DNA of 55,482 nt from Candidatus Saccharimonadales bacterium (GTDB lineage: Bacteria > Patescibacteriota > Saccharimonadia > Saccharimonadales > SZUA-47), in the NCBI GenBank assembly GCA_038211855.1, contig JBBQVE010000010.1:1-55482 (forward strand), in the 5' to 3' direction. Made by a program: the position numbers and the translations under genes. This document shows, piece after piece, positions 8,178 to 17,337 of the stretch (positions within the stretch are counted from its first letter, which is position 1; the number at the start of each line of letters is the position of its first letter). The notes under the pieces are model-generated. The model saw nothing but the letters and a program-made list of their open reading frames with translations. It searched no databases and was not told where the DNA came from.

Positions 8178-9800
8178 ATGCTGCGACTAGTGCGCCACTA
8201 TAATAAATTGCCATTTGTACGACACTATTCGATGATGAAAGGTTCCTTTTTTGTCGGTATCTTTGGCCTCGTCGGCGTCGGTCTGCTGTTTGCCACCCAT
8301 GCAGCAACCCCCATTAGCAATGCGATTGAACCAGAATCTGGGAATGTGACGAGCGGAGCAGACATGCTAGGCGATACATCCGCAAGTGGCGGCGGGTATA
8401 TAGCATTTGCAGCTTCAGCTCCAGCGGCGGTCGGCGGCATACTAAGCACTTCTTGTAAGTATTATTCGACCACAAATGTCACACCTGCCTTCTGCGCTAC
8501 ATTTGACTCACCTTATACAGGTGCCAAAACGCAAACGGGTGATCTTGATCCTATTCTGTGGGGCGTGAGCCGAATGGGGACGCTTGGCACTCCGAACCTT
8601 GTTACGCCAACGCATAGTGCCTGTGATGGCGGCGGCACTACGGGGGATCCAATCACGGGTGATCCCAACAGCACCTATTTTGGTCCAGCAAAAGCACCGC
8701 CGGACGATGCGCGTATTTGTAACGCTCACTATGTTGAGTCACTGAACGACGGTGGTTCTATGGTCGATATTGACACCTATCCAAAACAACCATTTGATTT
8801 TACAAACCGAACTGGCCGCGTCGTATTCGATGTCACGAATGATGGCACGGGATCGCACGGCGCATGGCCAGAGTTTATTATTACGGACGAACCAGTTCCT
8901 GGAACGCGGAGCTGTGAAAGTTTTTGTCCGGCTAACACTGTCCACGCTACGAATATGGTCGGTTTTGCTATGGCGGATGGGCACGACAATACACCGAAGG
9001 ATCAAATCGGGGTCAACAAGATATTTTATGCTTCAAATGGTGGTAACACCGTTGAGATTCACAATTCCAACTTTAACGAGGGGTCAATTTCAAAAGGCTG
9101 TCTGGCTGGCCATTCATACCAGTGTCCAACGACCAAATTTAACCATTATGAGGTCGAGATTTCTAGAACGAGGATTGATATATATGGCACCGATGCAGGG
9201 TCGACCACGCTGAAGCATCTCGATGGTGCCGACCTAAATCTTGGTTTTACATCCGGACTTGTATGGATGAACGACATGCACTACAACGCCCGAAAAGCTG
9301 TAGAGCCTTGTGGCTGCGGTACTCAGTATGACCACAGCTTCGCATGGGATAACCTTGGCTTCGATGGCCCGAAGACCTATCGTGACCTTGGCTACGACGT
9401 ACCCTTAGCTAATATTCCTGGCTTCACTAACCAGAATGGAGACTCAAATGCTGTTGCAGAAGGCTATGACATTAGTGGCACTAAGTCATTCAGTATTCCA
9501 AACGTCTCCTGGCAAGCTGCTACTCCAAAAAGCGCAAAGGTTGTGCTGAATGCCGAAGCGAATAATGCAACTGCCACACTTAAAGTTGTCTTGAATGGGC
9601 ACACTGCCGATGCGGTCACCAAATCTATGCCGGCAGAAAACTACAATACGTTCGGTCCGGTGTGGGGTACTTTTTCATTCGTGTTTCCGGCTGCTGATGC
9701 AGTGCAGGGAACGAACAAGCTCGATATATCAAGCAGCGACGGCAGTATGCAAACTGCAAACATTTCACTGATTATAGTGGCGGGAGCACCTGTTCCATAA
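8178..9800 (+). CDS. Secreted Cys-rich hypothetical protein, possible ConA/laminin-G-like and CBM-like beta domains
   Basis: Signal/TM ending in THAA; Thr/Gly/Asn/Asp-rich beta content; multiple Cys pairs; N-terminal module shared with the next gene. Confidence 0.7.
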   Translation: MLRLVRHYNKLPFVRHYSMMKGSFFVGIFGLVGVGLLFATHAATPISNAIEPESGNVTSGADMLGDTSASGGGYIAFAASAPAAVGGILSTSCKYYSTTNVTPAFCATFDSPYTGAKTQTGDLDPILWGVSRMGTLGTPNLVTPTHSACDGGGTTGDPITGDPNSTYFGPAKAPPDDARICNAHYVESLNDGGSMVDIDTYPKQPFDFTNRTGRVVFDVTNDGTGSHGAWPEFIITDEPVPGTRSCESFCPANTVHATNMVGFAMADGHDNTPKDQIGVNKIFYASNGGNTVEIHNSNFNEGSISKGCLAGHSYQCPTTKFNHYEVEISRTRIDIYGTDAGSTTLKHLDGADLNLGFTSGLVWMNDMHYNARKAVEPCGCGTQYDHSFAWDNLGFDGPKTYRDLGYDVPLANIPGFTNQNGDSNAVAEGYDISGTKSFSIPNVSWQAATPKSAKVVLNAEANNATATLKVVLNGHTADAVTKSMPAENYNTFGPVWGTFSFVFPAADAVQGTNKLDISSSDGSMQTANISLIIVAGAPVP

Positions 9801-9805
9801 CCTTT

Positions 9806-11029
9806 ATGAAAAAAATCAGTAAAAAACTTTCTATACATAGATCCTTCAGTCTGCCAAGGTTGTCGTTGTTTATCGGTGTCTTTTCACTTGTGGGCGTGAC
9901 GCTTCTGCTGGCATCACATGCCGCGACACCTGTGAATAACGCCTTCGAAACAGAGATGGGTAGTGTAACCTTAGGTGCCGTCATAGGATCTGATACTGCA
10001 GCGAGCAGTGGTGGGTATATTGGCTTTACGGCTTCGACGGGTGGTGCAACACCACTGCCGAACCCAGGAACATGGACGAATGTTACGGGCAATTTAGCAG
10101 GAAAGGTTTCTGAATGCGGAAATCTCAGCGCCATGTTCGTTGGCCCCAGTAATTCTGCTAATTATATAATTGCCGGTATAGCAAAGCTTGGATTGTGGAC
10201 GAACGCGGACGGAAGTTCAACATGGACACAGGTGGCGGGCTCGTCGGTCATTGATACGCGCCCAAGCTCACTTACTTATGATCCTGCCAATCCCTCTATG
10301 TATTACATGTCAGGTATCTACGGTTCGTTCGGAGACGGTATCTTTAAAACCACCAATGGCGGTGTCACGTTTACGCAAGTAGGCAATATCGGACACAATG
10401 ACTCGGTAGCTGTTGACTTCACTGATGCCGCTCGCCAAACCATGTTAGCAGGCGGACATGAGGCAGTTCAGACGGTGTATAAGAGCACGAATGGCGGTTT
10501 GTCGTGGACTAACATTGGTGGAACTTTGCCAAGCGATGGTGGCTTTTCATCACAGGTTATTGTTATCAGTGCACAAACCTACCTTGTCGGCGTGAGCGCA
10601 GGGTATATTAATAAAACGTCCGGTATTTATCGCACCACCAACGGTGGATCGAGCTGGACAAAAGTCAGTAGCCTCGGTCCAAACAGTAATCCACTACGAG
10701 CATCCGACGGTACGATATATTGGACGACAGATAATGGGACAATCGCAAAATCTACTGATTCAGGTTCAAGCTGGAGTATAGTTGGTAGCGGTATGTCACT
10801 CACGCCAGTTCAACTGCCTGATGGCCGGATTGTCGTTGTGCACGGAAACACTCTGGCTGTTTCTGCAAATAGCGGTACGAACTGGACTGACTTCGGGGCA
10901 TCGCTTCCGTATTCTCCCAATAATCTTAGCTATGCTGGCGGCACTAATAACTTCTACGTCTCGCATTTCGACTGTTATTTTGATCACCCAGACACCGTTC
11001 CAGCGGATGCAATCGAAGAACTACGTTAA
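9806..11029 (+). CDS. Secreted BNR/Asp-box repeat beta-propeller protein (sialidase/GH74/YCF48-like)
   Basis: Repeated Asp-boxes KTTNGGVTF, KSTNGGLSW, RTTNGGSSW, KSTDSGSSW, VSANSGTNW; signal ending in SHAA. Confidence 0.85.
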   Translation: MKKISKKLSIHRSFSLPRLSLFIGVFSLVGVTLLLASHAATPVNNAFETEMGSVTLGAVIGSDTAASSGGYIGFTASTGGATPLPNPGTWTNVTGNLAGKVSECGNLSAMFVGPSNSANYIIAGIAKLGLWTNADGSSTWTQVAGSSVIDTRPSSLTYDPANPSMYYMSGIYGSFGDGIFKTTNGGVTFTQVGNIGHNDSVAVDFTDAARQTMLAGGHEAVQTVYKSTNGGLSWTNIGGTLPSDGGFSSQVIVISAQTYLVGVSAGYINKTSGIYRTTNGGSSWTKVSSLGPNSNPLRASDGTIYWTTDNGTIAKSTDSGSSWSIVGSGMSLTPVQLPDGRIVVVHGNTLAVSANSGTNWTDFGASLPYSPNNLSYAGGTNNFYVSHFDCYFDHPDTVPADAIEELR

Positions 11030-11605
11030 TAAGGTATTCAACTTGTAGGCGCCATCGCGGATAACCTCGATACGATCGCCTTCTATTCTGATGATTGTCG
11101 AGGGAGTTGCGTTGATGATTTTGTCGCCGTCGACATAAAAATCAACTTCGTCGTTAAAATAGTTGATTGCTTCTTTGATTGTCGTAGCCGGTGGCTGGCC
11201 GGGTAAGTTGGCGCTACTGGTGACGAGCGGGCCGGTTTGTTCTAAAAACTCACGTAGCTTATGATCGGCAGGTATTCGAAAAGCCAGACTTTTTACTCCT
11301 TGCGACAGGTAATCAAGCGTGTCTGGTGCAGTAAGAATGATACTGACGGGATTCGGCCAGAAATATGCGGCTTTTTGCAGCTCATTTGCTGTGATGCCTA
11401 GCTTAATAATCTGTTCAATACTCGCAGCAATGACTGTGCCAGGTTTATACTCGCGTTGCTTCAGCGCATAAAAACGTTTTACGGCCTTTTCGTCACTGGC
11501 GCGCGCCACAATACCATAGACTGTATCGGTGGCCATTACGCCGAATCCTCCGCTTCGCAGTATGGTAATCGCAGCGTTTCGAATTTCTAAAATTGGTGTC
11601 GGCAT
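11021..11605 (-). CDS. tsaC: L-threonylcarbamoyladenylate synthase (Sua5/YrdC)
   Basis: ATDTVYG, KQREYKP, WPNPVSII, TSSANLPG, PSTII, IRDGA. Confidence 0.92.
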   Translation of the reverse strand: MPTPILEIRNAAITILRSGGFGVMATDTVYGIVARASDEKAVKRFYALKQREYKPGTVIAASIEQIIKLGITANELQKAAYFWPNPVSIILTAPDTLDYLSQGVKSLAFRIPADHKLREFLEQTGPLVTSSANLPGQPPATTIKEAINYFNDEVDFYVDGDKIINATPSTIIRIEGDRIEVIRDGAYKLNTLLT

Positions 11606-11628
11606 ACCGGCTAGTGTAGCAAATATTT

Positions 11629-12708
11629 TTAGACGGGGAGTGGTTCGAGAGCACCAGCAAGTGTCGGCGACTCTGTGATATCGACTATGGCAGGTTGCAG
11701 TTTTGGAACATAACGATGACGCGTCAGAGCTAATCCAACAATCTTTAGGAGCATGGCACAGTAGTCGATGTCCATGTTAATGAGACAAGCTTTCGGAAAG
11801 TTGCCGTAGCCTTTAATAAGACTAGGAATTAAGTTTGCTTCAAGGAACTGCGGTTCGTTGTTTCGATCAAGACGAATATCAATGCGTCCAAAGTCACGTG
11901 CGCCAAGTGCAATAAAAACGCCTTCTGCTAGAATGGTGAGCTTATGCCGGAGCGCAGTATCCGTCACGAACAGCACTGTCTCATTATCAGATTTTTTTGC
12001 CTGTACACCCAGCACACGATTGCCGCGTTCATCAATTTCTGCGATTAGTTCGATTGGCATTGCCAGCAGTTGTTTTGTTGATGCATTTTGAAGCAATGCA
12101 ACGCTGAATTCTCGTCCTGGTAAATATTCTTCTACTAATGAATCAGCTCTAAAACGGGTACTAATTGAGCTGACTTTTGCTATGTATTCCTCGAAAGTCG
12201 TGACGACAGAATCGCTGTCTATGCCGGTACCACCACCTAAATTAAATGGTTTTATAAAGAGCGGCAAGGCGAGGGGAAGTTCACTTGGCGTCTTGTACGT
12301 GTCCTTACCGGCAATAAAGAATGGTGCTGTTGCAAGGCCAGCATCAAGCACTAGTTTTTTCGCAACATGCTTAAAACGCTGTGCTTCCATTGTTGTTTGA
12401 GCCGAGCCAGTGTAGAGAATATTGTGCGTATCAAAATAAGCTGATAACCATATTTTTAGAGGATCAGCTTCAGTTGGTGAGGATTCAAGATGCACAAACT
12501 CCATACCAAGAAAAACGAGGTCAGGTTTCATGGCAACAAGTTTTTTTAGGTCCTGAAGATTATTCACAGTGGTGATACCGACAGCTGAATAATAATCTTT
12601 CAAAGTTGTACAAATTGCTTCGGCTGAGACGAGGCTCATCGAACTCTGTGAAATAACTGTGCTGCGCACGATTTCAATATGTTTATTGATTTTCATAAGG
12701 TCTACCAA
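11629..12708 (-). CDS. D-Ala-D-Ala ligase-like ATP-grasp protein (divergent)
   Basis: PLFIKP..GGGTGI, LVEEYLPGREFSV, GRIDIR and FLEANLIPSL; lacks the canonical N-terminal GGxSxE and the YxxKY loop. Confidence 0.75.
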   Translation of the reverse strand: MVDLMKINKHIEIVRSTVISQSSMSLVSAEAICTTLKDYYSAVGITTVNNLQDLKKLVAMKPDLVFLGMEFVHLESSPTEADPLKIWLSAYFDTHNILYTGSAQTTMEAQRFKHVAKKLVLDAGLATAPFFIAGKDTYKTPSELPLALPLFIKPFNLGGGTGIDSDSVVTTFEEYIAKVSSISTRFRADSLVEEYLPGREFSVALLQNASTKQLLAMPIELIAEIDERGNRVLGVQAKKSDNETVLFVTDTALRHKLTILAEGVFIALGARDFGRIDIRLDRNNEPQFLEANLIPSLIKGYGNFPKACLINMDIDYCAMLLKIVGLALTRHRYVPKLQPAIVDITESPTLAGALEPLPV

Positions 12709-12780
12709 TTCATAGCCAGGCAGCCATAGCTACCTGGCACTTATCTAGTTCTTAAAGAGATTTAAGAAGTCTTCTTTCAA

Positions 12781-13062
12781 TTAACGACGGAAGCTGCCAC
12801 CGCTGTTGCGGTCTTCTTGTGGACGGGCTTGGTTGACCATGATGGCACGACCAGAAAGCTCTTTGCCGTTCAATTCCTTGATGGCGTTTTGACCTTCTTT
12901 GACATCAGCCATTTCAACAAAGCCAAAGCCTTTTGACTGGCCGCTGTCGCGGTCTTTAATAACGACTGCAGATACGACTGCACCCTGAGTTGCAAAAAAA
13001 TCTTCGAGTTCTTTGTCGCCGACACTGTAAGCGAGACCACCTACGTAAAGTTTCATTGCCAT
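12781..13062 (-). CDS. RRM-domain RNA-binding protein
   Basis: RNP2 LYVGGL, RNP1 KGFGFVEM, Gly/Arg-rich tail; start at MAMK after SD AGAAGGA. Confidence 0.95.
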   Translation of the reverse strand: MAMKLYVGGLAYSVGDKELEDFFATQGAVVSAVVIKDRDSGQSKGFGFVEMADVKEGQNAIKELNGKELSGRAIMVNQARPQEDRNSGGSFRR

Positions 13063-13286
13063 AATAATAGTTTCCTTCTTTTTAAGTAATATCACCCGCG
13101 TTTATTGTCATCTGACCGAGTGATAATAAGTCTCTAAAAACCAAACTATGACCACGGAGAGGTTGTAGTAACCACTTGCTTACGTTTAACTATAGCACAT
13201 TCAGTGCACATTTCATACTACTTAGTAGTTTTTGCAAGCAGTCCTAAGAAGTTAATGTCGCTTTTGTCATCGATTTAGCGTATACT

Positions 13287-13805
13287 ATGACCAAAGAGGA
13301 GCGCTTTATCCACCGATATGTGATCGCGGAAGTACCGACAGGCTATGACATCTATGTAGATCTCATAGGCTCTTCGGCGGGCCGTTACCTGAGCCGACAG
13401 CCATACGTGATTAATCTTATCCGTGAAGCACTCTTGCCTACAAAACTGGAAGGTCAGTCAGTAACGATTGAGCGCGACATGGGTCGAGTGATTGGTGCCA
13501 CCGATATCGTTGAGACCAGTGAAAAAGATACCATCGTTTATGCGCAGATCCAAAAGCAAACGGTCTTTTCTCGCTTTGCACCTAACCGTCACCCCTCACC
13601 AAGTACCACGCTCACGATGCTACTCGAGAAAGACCCAGAAGGACACTACGAGCTTGTGAATACCTGGATAGGCCCCTGCGCACCACCGTTTCCAGGTGAT
13701 GAAAAAGCTAACGGTAAGAGCAAAGACTACTGGCTAAACCACGCCTTTGCCCAGAATGCTCACGCCATTCAATCACGCACAATCACCAAAGACTGCCCAT
13801 ACTAA
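13287..13805 (+). CDS. Hypothetical protein
   Basis: 172-aa soluble ORF with PPFPGD...YWLNHA motif; function not recognised. Confidence 0.75.
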   Translation: MTKEERFIHRYVIAEVPTGYDIYVDLIGSSAGRYLSRQPYVINLIREALLPTKLEGQSVTIERDMGRVIGATDIVETSEKDTIVYAQIQKQTVFSRFAPNRHPSPSTTLTMLLEKDPEGHYELVNTWIGPCAPPFPGDEKANGKSKDYWLNHAFAQNAHAIQSRTITKDCPY

Positions 13806-13828
13806 GTTAGGCTTTTTACAATTCTCCC

Positions 13829-14164
13829 ATGGAAATAACATATGACGATTTTACGAAAATAGATATTCGTGTCGGCAGAATTCTAGCTGTCGAACACTTT
13901 CCTGAAGCACACAAACCCGCTTATAAATTGACAATTGATTTTGGATCAGAAATTGGCACCAAGCGTTCGTCAGCCCAGATCACTAAGCACTACACCAAAG
14001 ACGAACTACTAGATAGACTAGTCATGGGGGTGGTAAACTTCCCAACCAAACAGATCGGCCCGTTTATTTCAGAAGTATTGACACTCGGTATTGCTGATGA
14101 GAATGGCGATGTCATTTTGGCGCGACCTGATAAAGACGTACCACTCGGCAGTAAACTATTTTAA
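13829..14164 (+). CDS. csaA: tRNA-binding / secretion chaperone CsaA
   Basis: DIRVG, KPAYKLTIDFG, SSAQIT, VVNFPTKQIG..SEVLTLG. Confidence 0.92.
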   Translation: MEITYDDFTKIDIRVGRILAVEHFPEAHKPAYKLTIDFGSEIGTKRSSAQITKHYTKDELLDRLVMGVVNFPTKQIGPFISEVLTLGIADENGDVILARPDKDVPLGSKLF

Positions 14165-14197
14165 TAAAAAAGAGGGGTTTTGTGGCCCCTCTTTTTA
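14165..14197. terminator. Bidirectional intrinsic terminator
   Basis: AAAAAAGAGGGG...CCCCTCTTTTT between convergent genes. Confidence 0.9.
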
Positions 14198-14216
14198 GTT
14201 CCGAATGTGCTTGCGG

Positions 14217-15077
14217 CTAGTTGCTAATGTCAATAGACGTGCTGCTGTCCGACGTGTTTGAAGCGTCGCCGCTTTGGGCGCTGCCACCATTCGTATTATG
14301 GCTGACGGTCGCATTGCCGCTTTTAGCAGACTGCGTCGTGTTGTGAGACACGTTCACATTATTCGTGTTCGTCATCTTATAGCTATTGCTACTCGACATA
14401 TCGATACTGTTACGAGAACCAGGACCGGTGTCGCTAATTGATGCATCACTTGAACCCGTTGGTGCGCTCAAGCTCATTCCGCCGCCGTTATTCGTAACGG
14501 TAAGGTCGCTGCTAGTGCCATTCATATTTGACGCATCTCCAGATGACGCATCACCACCATGAGTGTTGCCGCTGACATTTGCACTACCTGTGTCAGCCAT
14601 CTGTGATGTGTGGTTCATTGAACTGACACTATTATTATTAGTTTCCTCGTAGCTGTTACGGCTTGATTCATTGATAGTGTTACGAGAACTTGGACCGGTG
14701 TCGCTGATTGATGCATCGTTGCCGCCACCAGAACTATCGCTCACGCTCATGTTGCCACCATCGCTGCCGTTCATAACCATGACATTTGAACTGTTGTCAT
14801 TGGAGTTAGAGGCGTCACCACTATAAGCGTCACCACCTCTTGTATTCCGGCTCACGCTCGTGTTGCCGGTACGGGCCGATTGTCGCGTACTATTTGATGA
14901 TCGCAACCAATTATAATTAGAAAGGCTGTAAGAGTTACTGTGTCTCATCGAGATCCAGTTTGTTGAATGTGGCCCCGTCATCGTAATGCTGCTGGCTGAT
15001 GCCAGACCACTAAATGCCAAACACCCAACGGTTGCTATACTTGCCCCGATTGTACTCAGTTGTATGATTTTTTTCAT
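14217..15077 (-). CDS. Secreted Ser/Asn/Gly-rich protein made of three imperfect ~75-aa repeats
   Basis: Signal peptide, then 3x SIxxTGPxSxNxI...Q(S/M)Ax(T/S)GxxxVSxNTxGGxAxSGDASN. Confidence 0.85.
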   Translation of the reverse strand: MKKIIQLSTIGASIATVGCLAFSGLASASSITMTGPHSTNWISMRHSNSYSLSNYNWLRSSNSTRQSARTGNTSVSRNTRGGDAYSGDASNSNDNSSNVMVMNGSDGGNMSVSDSSGGGNDASISDTGPSSRNTINESSRNSYEETNNNSVSSMNHTSQMADTGSANVSGNTHGGDASSGDASNMNGTSSDLTVTNNGGGMSLSAPTGSSDASISDTGPGSRNSIDMSSSNSYKMTNTNNVNVSHNTTQSAKSGNATVSHNTNGGSAQSGDASNTSDSSTSIDISN

Positions 15078-15194
15078 TTATTTAACCTTCCTCATTAACG
15101 CATAGTGTATCTATGCTTATAGTAGTACCTTTTTTGTGTACTCAATTAGTATATAGCGCTCATGCTAGCACGAACTATAACTTATCTTACTTAG

Positions 15195-15604
15195 TTAAGC
15201 ATCTAGGAACTCTTTTGTGAGGTGAGCCGTGCTGAGGTTTGACCAGGTGTCATGACTGCCATACACAAACAAACGACGCTTCGAATCGGTGGCCTTCAAT
15301 AAATCTTCGGTATGGACCTGCAATAAACAGTGAATGAGGCTACTCTTAAAGGCATAGTATGGGTTCAAGCATGATTCCTGTGCGACATCTGCAGTATAAA
15401 GCGGGCGCGAAAAATACATAGCAAAACTCTTGGAATGGCGGCCGAGCCACCAGCAGAAATCCATAAAAAGCCGTCCTGGATAACTATAATTGAGTGCAAT
15501 CCGCGGCCAAATACTGCGGTCAAGATGCTACTTGCCGCCACGCCGTGTACTAGTATAATTGGCCGGCCACTACCCGTGCGTCGAATGTGGAGTAACTCGG
15601 TCAT
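15195..15604 (-). pseudogene. Alpha/beta-hydrolase remnant (internal deletion + frameshift)
   Basis: N-terminus GSGRPIILVHG in one frame, C-terminal LFVYGSHD in another; the nucleophile GxSxG region is missing. Confidence 0.7.
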
Positions 15605-15625
15605 TTCATGAAGTATAGGCTAAAA

Positions 15626-17236
15626 CTAGTCGTGGTGCTTAACGCTTTTGTCTTTTGGAAGTTGAGTCGAGAACACAAAAGCGAGAAGAGGTGACAGCAT
15701 AGCGACTAAGAAAACGTTTCGGTTTGCATCAACGGTACTCTGGTTTGATAGCTTTTTTATCTCGGTGCGCTGTTCGGCCGTTAATTGGGCTGAACTGTGA
15801 ATCGGCACACCGAACTCAACTGCTGATGACTGGGCTGCGACTTCCTGCGAGATATGTACGCGCATATCGGCTGGCAGAACAGGACTCGTGCTCACGGAGC
15901 TTTTTAAGTTGTTAGCGAGGCCGGTCAGTAGGACGGTGCCAATAATCGCGGCGCCTAAAGACGAGGCAACTTGACGGATTGTATTGTTAAGGCCGGATGC
16001 TTCGCCAACTTCTTCCACGGGAACAGAAGATAGTGTGATATTTGTGAGCTGTGAAAAACAGAGCCCCATGCCGGCACCATAGAAAGAGAGTGGCAGTATG
16101 AGATCGCTCACTGTTGTCGAGATGCTGAGACTATAGCGCAGCACAATTATGCCGAACAAAGTCGTTATGAGTCCAACCTGCACAATATGTTTTGGTGTGC
16201 CAATTTTGCCGCTGAGGAAACCGCCGAGTGGAGCCATGATAAGTAACGCGATCGACATCGGTAGCAACGCATAGCCGGTGTGAAGCGCGTCGAGGCCTCG
16301 AACGCCTTGCAAAAAGACCGGCATGGCAAAGATAATCCCAGTCATGCCGATGACCTGACTGGCAAGCGTCAGGGAACCGGAAGTAAATTGTTTGTTTGCG
16401 AAAATCTTCATATCTACTAGTGGTCGTCGGCCGCGTTTCAAGACAAAATCTTCCCACCACACAAACAAACAGAGTAGGCCGACAGACAGCATAAAGGCGA
16501 GTGGAATTGCAGACAGTCCGCCGAAAGTCGGACCGCTCATGTGCTTCCACCAGCCATAAGAACCACCTTCAATGATAGCAAAGACACCGGCTAGCAAACC
16601 CCCGGACGATAAGAATACGCCGACCCAATCGAGCGAGATCTTATGTCGTGTGTCTTTTGATTCATTAATAATGACAGAGCCTGCTATTAAGAGCAAAGCA
16701 ATACCTACATTGATACGAAACCCCCAGCGCCAGCTGTAGTGGGTCGTCAGATAGCCGCCAAGAATTGGGCCGATGGCTGAACCGGCTGCCGCCATTGCTC
16801 CCCATAACCCAAGTGCCAAAGCCCTTTCCCGATTACGATATGTCGTGATGAGGAGCGACGCCGAAGCTGGCATCATCAACGCCGCACCAATACCCTCAAT
16901 GATTGATTCGCCCGCCAGAAGATACCCTACTGAGTGGCTGGCGCTCGCAATAAAAGAACCAATCGCAAATATCGTCGCGCCAAGCATGAACATCTTCTTG
17001 CGACCAAATAAATCGCCAAGTCGACCACCAACGATTGTAAGTGCTGCCAGTGTCAGCGCGTATGCCGCAATCACCCACTGCATGCTTTGGATATTGGTGT
17101 GCAGCTCGCGGATAATCGTGCCAAGCGACACATTTAAAAGCGTCGTATCAATAACGATTATAAGTACCGCCAAACCCATTACGGTCAGCGGCAGCCATTT
17201 ACGCAAGAACCCCTGCTTTTCTTGAACTTCTTCCAT
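15626..17236 (-). CDS. MFS drug:H+ antiporter, DHA2 (EmrB/QacA-like)
   Basis: DTTLLNVSL, GRLGDLFGRK, GPILGG..WRWGFRIN; 14-TM pattern. Confidence 0.93.
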   Translation of the reverse strand: MEEVQEKQGFLRKWLPLTVMGLAVLIIVIDTTLLNVSLGTIIRELHTNIQSMQWVIAAYALTLAALTIVGGRLGDLFGRKKMFMLGATIFAIGSFIASASHSVGYLLAGESIIEGIGAALMMPASASLLITTYRNRERALALGLWGAMAAAGSAIGPILGGYLTTHYSWRWGFRINVGIALLLIAGSVIINESKDTRHKISLDWVGVFLSSGGLLAGVFAIIEGGSYGWWKHMSGPTFGGLSAIPLAFMLSVGLLCLFVWWEDFVLKRGRRPLVDMKIFANKQFTSGSLTLASQVIGMTGIIFAMPVFLQGVRGLDALHTGYALLPMSIALLIMAPLGGFLSGKIGTPKHIVQVGLITTLFGIIVLRYSLSISTTVSDLILPLSFYGAGMGLCFSQLTNITLSSVPVEEVGEASGLNNTIRQVASSLGAAIIGTVLLTGLANNLKSSVSTSPVLPADMRVHISQEVAAQSSAVEFGVPIHSSAQLTAEQRTEIKKLSNQSTVDANRNVFLVAMLSPLLAFVFSTQLPKDKSVKHHD

Positions 17237-17337
17237 TAGCTTCCTAGTTTAGACACCAAACAATAGTTCGTCAACGCTGTTCACTTTTTAGCATAAACAG
17301 TATAAACTGCTGTCAGAACAAGAGGCGATGTGCAGAA

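Noticed and set aside
14217-15077. CRISPR-like or non-coding DNA repeats (e.g. GGACCGGTGTCGCT twice)
   Set aside because: The repeats are in-frame protein repeats; no regular repeat-spacer array or cas genes anywhere in the window.
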